Part shown: in pieces, positions 1 through 6,794 of the stretch
Position numbering within the stretch: position 1 is the first letter of the stretch
Layout of the letters: each line of letters opens with the position of its first letter
Assembly (NCBI GenBank): GCA_023700245.1
Contig: JAJPRE010000005.1
Span: forward strand, 7,106-71,105
Length of the DNA: 64,000 nt
Origin: Candidatus Thalassarchaeaceae archaeon
GTDB lineage: Archaea; Thermoplasmatota; Poseidoniia; Poseidoniales; Thalassarchaeaceae
Direction: 5' to 3'
Made by a program: the position numbers and the translations under genes
The notes under the pieces: generated by a model
Databases searched by the model: none
The model's input: only the letters and a program-made list of their open reading frames with translations
Told to the model about the DNA's origin: nothing

Positions 1-2
1 GC

Positions 3-1253
3 GTCAGAGAACAGGCAGTTGAAAAGGCAGTTCAAAATCAAATCATGACTGCATATGCAATACATGAATTGAATTCTGCAATTGCTAAAGCTGCGGCAGG
101 AAATTTCGGAGTAGACGATGCTCAACATGCATGGGATGAAGGTTGGGGATTGTACCACGGTACTGATGAAGCAGTGTCATGCTCACCATACGCAACTGGA
201 GATAAAAGAGCAGGGAATTTTGCAACTGCAGATGCGGATGGTACTTCATTAGCAAATGCAGCAATACTCGTGGCAATGAATGAAGGATTGGTTGCACTAC
301 AAGCTGAAGATCTTGCTGGCGCAACTGATGCAAGAGATGAGATAATTAAGAATTTAGTAATTATATACTCCCAGGCAACAATTCGATATGCCCACAAGAT
401 GAATACTGATTCAACAGTTGAAGCAGCACAAACACATCAATCAGAAGGTTATTCATTCTGGAGAGTAATTGAGTCTATGGTTGCTGATAGTAATCCATCA
501 CCAGGTAATGATTGCTATAATGGAGTCACAATGGCTGTAAGTGAATTACTATCGGATGAATGTGCCGGTTACATGTATGTAACAAACTATGACATAGGAG
601 ATGGTTCGGACATTTGTTATAATATGGAAATACATGAAGTTTCATCAGATGATACTGAAGTAAAGTGTGATGCTTACATGTTCTTACCAAACTATGGAGC
701 TACAGTATTTACAGGTGCATATAATTCTGTAACTCATACAATGAATTCTAGTTGGAATCAATCAATTACTGAGGGATGGAATTACTACGAAAACACCGAT
801 ATGGGAGATGGAAATTTATTCACAGGTTGCTATAATATGGTATCTCATGAAACTTCTGTCGATGATAATGCAACATGTAGTGCTTATTCATGGTTAATTG
901 ATTTTACAATGAATGATGGAGTAGATACTTGCTACAACAGTGTAACTTATTCCAGTTCAACTGTTAGTCAAGCAGTATGTGAATCATATGGATGGTATGT
1001 TAACTGGGGGGCTACAATGTTTACAGGATGCTATAATACAGTATCTCATGCTACCGATGCCGATATGACAGAAGCTAGTTGTGGAGGATTTTCATACTTT
1101 GAAGGATTTGGAACTGTAGGAATTAATGGAATATATGATTTCAGTAATGTTCCAGTAGCTGGAACTGACTATCAAGTAGCTGTTCGTGCACATCTTCAAC
1201 CAGCATGGGATATGCTAGGGATAACTACTGAAGATATTGGAATTCTTCAATGA
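3..1253 (+). CDS. 5'-truncated protein: helical domain (possibly Fea1/ISIP2a-like low-iron protein) interrupted by six ~35-aa Cys/His repeats
   Basis: The frame of ORF 45..1253 stays open back to nt 3, so the gene starts upstream of the window. Motifs AWDEGWGLYHG and PYATGDKRAGNF are present. Six tandem CYNxV(S/T)H-x8-9-C modules span aa 157-356 of the listed ORF. Confidence 0.6.
   Translation, partial: VREQAVEKAVQNQIMTAYAIHELNSAIAKAAAGNFGVDDAQHAWDEGWGLYHGTDEAVSCSPYATGDKRAGNFATADADGTSLANAAILVAMNEGLVALQAEDLAGATDARDEIIKNLVIIYSQATIRYAHKMNTDSTVEAAQTHQSEGYSFWRVIESMVADSNPSPGNDCYNGVTMAVSELLSDECAGYMYVTNYDIGDGSDICYNMEIHEVSSDDTEVKCDAYMFLPNYGATVFTGAYNSVTHTMNSSWNQSITEGWNYYENTDMGDGNLFTGCYNMVSHETSVDDNATCSAYSWLIDFTMNDGVDTCYNSVTYSSSTVSQAVCESYGWYVNWGATMFTGCYNTVSHATDADMTEASCGGFSYFEGFGTVGINGIYDFSNVPVAGTDYQVAVRAHLQPAWDMLGITTEDIGILQ
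513..1112 (+). repeat. Six tandem in-frame ~35-aa modules (CYN starts at ORF aa 157, 191, 226, 262, 296, 329)
   Basis: Read directly from the translation. The period is 33-36 aa. Module ends alternate between GDGxD and GATxFTG. The third copy lacks the Cys pair. Confidence 0.85.
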
Positions 1254-1306
1254 GATAGTTACCTAATGTGATACATGCAGATCATAGGAAATACACACTT
1301 TACGGT

Positions 1307-1400
1307 AACGGGAGTGCTTAAAACTCAGATTTCTGGAAGCAGAACAGACATCAACAGACTTCATCAAAGTTTTATGCAATTCAAATTAAGCACTCCCGTT
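1307..1400. repeat. Perfect 15-bp inverted repeat AACGGGAGTGCTTAA / TTAAGCACTCCCGTT with a 64-nt spacer, in an intergenic region
   Basis: Arms at 1307-1321 and 1386-1400 are exact reverse complements. The element lies between the stop of the first gene (1253) and the start of the transferrin-like gene (1574). Confidence 0.9.
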
Positions 1401-1573
1401 GACCAAATAATAGCACAATTAATTGAGAGGACAACGGGGCTCAATTATACTAAGAATAAAATTAAAAATTTGTAATTATATAAACTCACAATTAAATGAC
1501 TTAACATCCTAGGAGTAATTAGGCAGAAAATAAAAGTAGTTCCAATTATCGTTATCAAAAAGGTGTTTGTGAT

Positions 1574-3664
1574 ATGAAAATAACTTCAAGAATTACAATT
1601 ATTGTAACTATAATGATTTTGTCAACATTTTTCTCAGGTTGTATCGAAAGTACAAATGAGGAAGGTAATTTAGGAACGCTTGTAATTGCTTATGAGATTA
1701 AAGATAACCTAGAAGATATTGATAATAATCCTCAAATATTAGCAGACTATCTATCAGATAAATTAAATTACGATGTTTCTATTTTTAATGTAGCGTCGGA
1801 AGGTGCCATGATTGAAGCATTAAGATTCGGAAATGCCGATATTGCAGTAATGGATGCTGGATCAGGATGGATTGGTTGGCAACAACATGGATTAGAAGTT
1901 TTAGCTGCTGACTTGAATGAAGATGGAAAGTCATATTATAATTCTCATGCATGGGTGAAAAGAGATAGTGAAATAGGAGTGGCGCAAATTGATGGCGATA
2001 GATATACCGATCCATATTCATTGTTAGCGAGTAAAAATTCCTGTCATACCGGTTGGTTGAAATCAACAGGTATGTTAATCCCAATGGGATTCTTAATTGG
2101 GCACGGATATGCAAACATAATAGGGGATCCCAACGATGTTGAAACAATTAGAAATACAATATATGGTTTTTTTGGAGAGAATTCATCAATTCCTGATGTC
2201 GGTAGCCCATACTACGGAGACGAGGGTGCATTGAGATGCCTATCTGAAGGCAAAGGTGAAGTTGCATTTGCTAATGAAAATACTGTAGAAGCATATTGTG
2301 GGGCAGGTGACGGTATTGAAAAGAAAAATAACTGGTGTGGAAATTTCGAAGATTATGTTGCATTGCCCGCTTTTGGAAAGTCCCCCAGTAATCCACTGAT
2401 GTACAATCCATTTAAACTAAATAATAGTTTATTAGAAGAATTAGAAGAAGTATTAATAGAAATGGATAACGAAATTGAAGGAGTACGTATACTAAAAAAT
2501 ATATTTAATTCTTTAGGATTCATATCCACAAATGCAACAGAACATTTATCAGAATTCTCATCATTAATGTCTAATATTCCTGGAATATCAGCATATTATG
2601 ATGATAAATATGAAATAAATAACTCAATATCTCCTTCTTTAGATAAAATCAGCATAGGGTTTGAAATCAATAATATAAGTAATGATAGCAATCCTGAACT
2701 ATTAGGAAAATATTTAGAAAATACTCTTGGAGTTGAAGTAGAAGTCCACATATTTAATTCAGAAATAGAAATTCTTGACGCATTGGATGCAAATAATATT
2801 GATATCGGATTAGTCAACGAAAATGCAGCATGGTATGGTTGGAAGCAATATAGCCTAGCAGTCATGGCTGCGATAAAAGATGAAAATGGGAAGTCTAAAC
2901 ATGAATCAAAAGCATGGATTAGATCTAGTAGCGACATAGCAATCGCCCTTCTAGATGGCGATGAGGAAACTGACCCGTTTGAATTATTAAACGGTAAAAT
3001 ATCGTGTCATACTAGTTTACTAGATTCTGCAGGGACTTTCATACCATTAGGTAATTTAATTAATAACGGTTACATAAATTCATTTGAAAATGATATTGAA
3101 AATTTTAGTATAATAAATACTATTCAGACATTTCTAAGTAAAAATTCCTCAATACCTGATGAAGATGATGATTATTATGGTGAAGAGGGGGCATTAAAAT
3201 GCCTTTCAAAAGGGACAGGGGATGTAGCATTTACCAAGCATAATGCCATAGAAAAATTTTGTACTGGCCCTGAGAGTGCTGAATGGTGTCTTGATGCTGC
3301 CCAATATATATCTCTTCCAACTTTAGGAGAAATTCCTGCCAAATCTATAATTTATAATCCAAATTATTTAGATATTCAAACTAGAACTGCTATTTTGAAT
3401 TCATTAATGACACTTAATTATAAGATGTATGTTGAAAATTATTCAGTCATGGGAAATATATATACTGGATGTTATGATATTTCTGTTCATGTGATAGATG
3501 AAGAATCGCCAAAGAATAATTGCGGATCTGAAATTTTACATAATGTCTTAGAATCATCCGGAATAATTACAATTAATTCCCAGGATCACTTGGGCAAATA
3601 TTCTGAGATTATTACTAATATACCTAAAATTATAGAATATCACCAGCAACTATTACAAATATAA
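1574..3664 (+). CDS. Bilobal transferrin-like / PhnD-type substrate-binding lipoprotein
   Basis: Signal peptide with lipobox-like FFSGC. Internal duplication of lobe 1 (aa ~33-345) and lobe 2 (aa ~355-696). Both lobes carry SCHT(G/S)...(S/T)(A/T)G..IP.G and YYG(D/E)EGAL(R/K)CLS.G.G(E/D)VAF motifs, which resemble serum transferrin. A GGTG ribosome-binding site lies upstream of the ATG. Confidence 0.85.
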   Translation: MKITSRITIIVTIMILSTFFSGCIESTNEEGNLGTLVIAYEIKDNLEDIDNNPQILADYLSDKLNYDVSIFNVASEGAMIEALRFGNADIAVMDAGSGWIGWQQHGLEVLAADLNEDGKSYYNSHAWVKRDSEIGVAQIDGDRYTDPYSLLASKNSCHTGWLKSTGMLIPMGFLIGHGYANIIGDPNDVETIRNTIYGFFGENSSIPDVGSPYYGDEGALRCLSEGKGEVAFANENTVEAYCGAGDGIEKKNNWCGNFEDYVALPAFGKSPSNPLMYNPFKLNNSLLEELEEVLIEMDNEIEGVRILKNIFNSLGFISTNATEHLSEFSSLMSNIPGISAYYDDKYEINNSISPSLDKISIGFEINNISNDSNPELLGKYLENTLGVEVEVHIFNSEIEILDALDANNIDIGLVNENAAWYGWKQYSLAVMAAIKDENGKSKHESKAWIRSSSDIAIALLDGDEETDPFELLNGKISCHTSLLDSAGTFIPLGNLINNGYINSFENDIENFSIINTIQTFLSKNSSIPDEDDDYYGEEGALKCLSKGTGDVAFTKHNAIEKFCTGPESAEWCLDAAQYISLPTLGEIPAKSIIYNPNYLDIQTRTAILNSLMTLNYKMYVENYSVMGNIYTGCYDISVHVIDEESPKNNCGSEILHNVLESSGIITINSQDHLGKYSEIITNIPKIIEYHQQLLQI

Positions 3665-3820
3665 TGAGATAATCAGATTTTTAATAGTGAATATAGTTTC
3701 CCGGCAGTACCAAATAAGAGTTTAGGACCCCCTAAACTTTAGACAAAGTATTGGGAAGTGGTTTGAATATCGGCAAATAGAGTTGAAGAAATTCCTTTAG
3801 TTCGTCTAAATGATGTTTTA

Positions 3821-4480
3821 ATTGGATATAATTCCAAAAATCTACTATGTAAAATCCCAAACTTAGAAATTTGGCCAGGAGAAGTTGTTGCCATAACTGG
3901 ACCATCAGGAGTTGGAAAAACTACTTTGCTCAGAACTATAGCAGGAATCGTCTCACCATTAGAGGGCAATGTGGAAGTATGTGGTGATTTATTACCTCAT
4001 AAACCTAAAAGGGGGAGATTGGGTTACGTCCCTCAGAGACTTGGATTAGTAAGGCATGCTAGTATAATGCATAATGTCATGCTGGGGGCCACTGCTGGAA
4101 GTTCAACAATTTTTCATTCTTCGGAAGTAAAGAAGAAGGCACATCTGGCCATTGAAAGAATGGGATTAACCGACAAAATATTAGAGCCAGTTAGAAAATT
4201 ATCAGGAGGGCAACAAAGAAGAGTAGCGACTGCAAGAACTTTGGCACAGGAACCAAAATTAATACTAGCAGATGAGTTTTTGAGTGAATTAGATGAAGAA
4301 ACCATGGAGATGGTCCTAAATGAAGTATTAGAGTATGTTCGTAAAAGCGGTGCTGCATTGATTGTAGTTGAACATGACATAGCAAGGGCTAGATCAATGG
4401 CAGATAGATTATTAGTTATTGATGACGGAAGAATTAACCCGTTTATCAGAGAAGTCACTGCAATGGAGGTCAAAGTATGA
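3821..4480 (+). CDS. ABC transporter ATP-binding protein (PhnC-like); N-terminus apparently disrupted by a frameshift
   Basis: Walker A GPSGVGKTT, signature LSGGQQRR and Walker B LILADE are present. The expected N-terminal strand and A-loop Tyr (IPLVRLNDVLIGYNSKN) are encoded in a different frame at 3781-3840. The TTG at 3821 is the first possible start in the Walker A frame. Confidence 0.75.
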   Translation: MGYNSKNLLCKIPNLEIWPGEVVAITGPSGVGKTTLLRTIAGIVSPLEGNVEVCGDLLPHKPKRGRLGYVPQRLGLVRHASIMHNVMLGATAGSSTIFHSSEVKKKAHLAIERMGLTDKILEPVRKLSGGQQRRVATARTLAQEPKLILADEFLSELDEETMEMVLNEVLEYVRKSGAALIVVEHDIARARSMADRLLVIDDGRINPFIREVTAMEVKV

Positions 4481-5355
4481 TTACAATTCAGAATAAGATA
4501 TTATTCTTGTTCTTTGGCACCATATTTTTCACATTCTGGATATTGGATGGAATGGTCAATCATTGGGGAAGACTATCAGGAAGTTTTGGGAACTTAATTA
4601 CATTTTTCAATGAGTCATTATGGCCACCAGACTGGAGCGTCATTAAACCTCAAGCATATCCGGTTTGCACTGCATATCCATTATTTGATTTTACGTGTTC
4701 AACAGCATGGATTGGCATGATTGAAACGATAAAAATTGCATTTGTAGCCACAATATTGGGATCAATAATATCATTGCCATTATCTATGATTGCAGCACGT
4801 AACCTTAATTCGAAGGGTATCTCATACTTTATTAGATTCGTATTGGCAGGTGCTAGAAGTTTACCAAGCATAATATGGGCAATATTTTTTGTTATTTTAG
4901 TCGGCTTTGGGCCTTTTGCAGGAGTATTGGCTATGACAATATACACTGTTGGATACTTAGGTAAATTACAATATGAAGCAATAGAGGGGATGAATAACAT
5001 TCCTTTGGAGACTGCAAAGTCAATGGGACTATCAAAATTTGAAATTGCAATAGGAGTTGTAATACCTGAAATGGCCAATAGCTTGATATCACAAACAATT
5101 TTTATGTTTGAATATAATGTTAGACATGGCACAGTAATAGGAATAGTTGGAGCAGGTGGTATTGGATATTACATCAATCTATACCTAAAATTTCTACAAT
5201 ATGATAAAGTAATTTCTTATCTAATAATTATTTTCATTGTAGTGCTAGTAATAGACTTTATTTCAATATCGGCAAGATCATTATTTAATGAGGAAGGAGA
5301 TTTATCAAAACCGTCATGGTGGGGAGTTTTTGGATCGCCAAATAGTAAGAAATAA
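4477..5355 (+). CDS. ABC transporter permease, PhnE-like
   Basis: PhnE-type motifs: ETIKIAF...LPLSMIAARNL, SLPSIIWAIFFV, EAIEG, VGAGGIGYY. The start overlaps the ATPase stop by 4 nt (ATGA). Confidence 0.9.
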   Translation: MITIQNKILFLFFGTIFFTFWILDGMVNHWGRLSGSFGNLITFFNESLWPPDWSVIKPQAYPVCTAYPLFDFTCSTAWIGMIETIKIAFVATILGSIISLPLSMIAARNLNSKGISYFIRFVLAGARSLPSIIWAIFFVILVGFGPFAGVLAMTIYTVGYLGKLQYEAIEGMNNIPLETAKSMGLSKFEIAIGVVIPEMANSLISQTIFMFEYNVRHGTVIGIVGAGGIGYYINLYLKFLQYDKVISYLIIIFIVVLVIDFISISARSLFNEEGDLSKPSWWGVFGSPNSKK

Positions 5356-5366
5356 ATAGAAAATAT

Positions 5367-5591
5367 TCAAATATCATCGGCTATAATTCTTATTGAGCCG
5401 TCCTTATAGGAAATCTGTATATTATCTTTAACCTTGTAAGTTAATGCTGCCAATGCCTCATAAACTTCTTTTTCATCAACTTTGAAAGCTTCTGCTGCGC
5501 GTTTGGTTGACCATGGTACTTCAGTAAAATCTGAAGATGCAATCCATTTCAACATCCTAGCTTCGAAAGCAGTTAAATCCATAGAAGACAT
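5367..5591 (-). CDS. Small hypothetical protein (74 aa), possibly winged-helix-like
   Basis: ORF lying 4 nt downstream of gpsA on the same strand. No recognisable catalytic motif. Confidence 0.5.
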   Translation of the reverse strand: MSSMDLTAFEARMLKWIASSDFTEVPWSTKRAAEAFKVDEKEVYEALAALTYKVKDNIQISYKDGSIRIIADDI

Positions 5592-5595
5592 AATT

Positions 5596-6603
5596 TTAGC
5601 TCCTATACGATTCTACCATTTTTCTTACGGCATCTTCCACTTCTATTTCTCCTTCAAGTAATTCCCATAATGAAGATAAGAAGGGAGTATGGAGTTGTAA
5701 TTTTAATGCTTGATCTAAAAATGATTTAGTAGCCCTTACTCCTTCTGCAACCATGAACATATCATTTAAGGCCTGATCGAGGCTCATTCCTGAACCAAGT
5801 TTTTCACCTAATGTTCTGTTACGGCTTCTTGGGCTTGTTGCTGTAACATATAAGTCACCAATCCCAGCAGGACCAAAAGCAGTATTTTCCTTAGCACCCA
5901 TCTTTCCTAGAAGCAATATTCCTTCGCTGTATCCAGCAAGAACTAACGCTGCTTTGAGATTATCTCCACCTATTGAGTCTCTTAAACCATCAACTAGTCC
6001 GCAGGCTAATGCGACAGTGTTCTTGTACGCCCCCCATAATTCAGCCCCTATTGGATCTACAGCAGGCGTCAATATCAATGAGCTAGTAGAGAGTCTTTCT
6101 GCCACTCTTTCTGCAACGGATCTGTCATGACAGGCCACTAATGCATTTGTCAAGACTCCTCTTGCTACTTCCGGAGCAATGGTAGGGCCCGTCATAACTA
6201 CTACAGGATTATTCTTTCCAGCCGCACTTAATTTTTCCTCCAATACTTCAGATATTAGTCCATGTTTTTCTTTTTCAGGAGCCAGGCCTTTTGCCAAGTC
6301 AACTATTACATGAGATGGCCGTAAATATTGAATCATATCGTCGAAGACGGATATAATTACTGAACTAGGTAACGCCATTATGATTAATTCGCAAGTTTCT
6401 AAGATATCCGAAAGTTCCATTGTTGCTTGTAAGCCCGATAAATCATGACCTGGCAGGTACTTAGTATTCAGACTATCTTCCATTAAAGACTGATATACTT
6501 CATGTTCAACCGTCCATCCAGATACATTATGCCCATCATCTATCCATATCTTAGCAAGAGCAGTGCCCCAATTACCTAAACCTACTATACCAATTCGAGC
6601 CAT
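5596..6603 (-). CDS. gpsA: NAD(P)H-dependent glycerol-3-phosphate dehydrogenase (bacterial GpsA type)
   Basis: N-terminal Rossmann motif IGIVGLGNWGTALA and a GpsA-like C-terminal domain. The ORF extends to 6681, but the ATG at 6603 (MARIGIVG) matches the canonical GpsA N-terminus. Confidence 0.85.
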   Translation of the reverse strand: MARIGIVGLGNWGTALAKIWIDDGHNVSGWTVEHEVYQSLMEDSLNTKYLPGHDLSGLQATMELSDILETCELIIMALPSSVIISVFDDMIQYLRPSHVIVDLAKGLAPEKEKHGLISEVLEEKLSAAGKNNPVVVMTGPTIAPEVARGVLTNALVACHDRSVAERVAERLSTSSLILTPAVDPIGAELWGAYKNTVALACGLVDGLRDSIGGDNLKAALVLAGYSEGILLLGKMGAKENTAFGPAGIGDLYVTATSPRSRNRTLGEKLGSGMSLDQALNDMFMVAEGVRATKSFLDQALKLQLHTPFLSSLWELLEGEIEVEDAVRKMVESYRS

Positions 6604-6703
6604 ATCAGTAAAACCACGACATTCCATCCCTGTTATCATACTATTGGGATTAGTAACATCATACGTTGCATTCTTGACCATAAAGCGCTCGCATCATAAA
6701 TAA

Positions 6704-6788
6704 GCAGGGGTACCCGAGTGGTCAAAGGGGCTGGGTTTAGGTCCCAGTGCGTAGTGCTTCGCAGGTTCAAATCCTGTCCCCTGCACCA
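6704..6788 (+). tRNA. tRNA-Leu (anticodon UAG), class II with long variable arm and encoded CCA
   Basis: Acceptor GCAGGGG/CCCCTGC. Anticodon stem CTGGG/CCCAG with loop TTTAGGT. Variable arm about 13-16 nt. T-arm GGTTCAAATCC. Discriminator A followed by CCA. Confidence 0.9.
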
Positions 6789-6794
6789 GGAAAG

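Noticed and set aside
1275-1475. 66-aa ORF in the intergenic region between the first two genes.
   Set aside because: It is spanned by the 15-bp inverted repeat, has no ribosome-binding site and has an unremarkable composition. The region is more likely non-coding and structured than a real gene.
3739-3969. 76-aa minus-strand ORF overlapping the ABC ATPase start.
   Set aside because: It is antisense to the Walker A region, and its translation is a mirror of the P-loop codons. The plus-strand ATPase is clearly the real gene.
4650-5132. 160-aa antisense ORF within the permease gene. Similar antisense ORFs occur at 15741..16292, 21239..21676, 38271..38825, 40231..40650 and 51230..51697.
   Set aside because: All are embedded opposite genes with unambiguous family motifs and show no motifs of their own. 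They are typical shadow ORFs.
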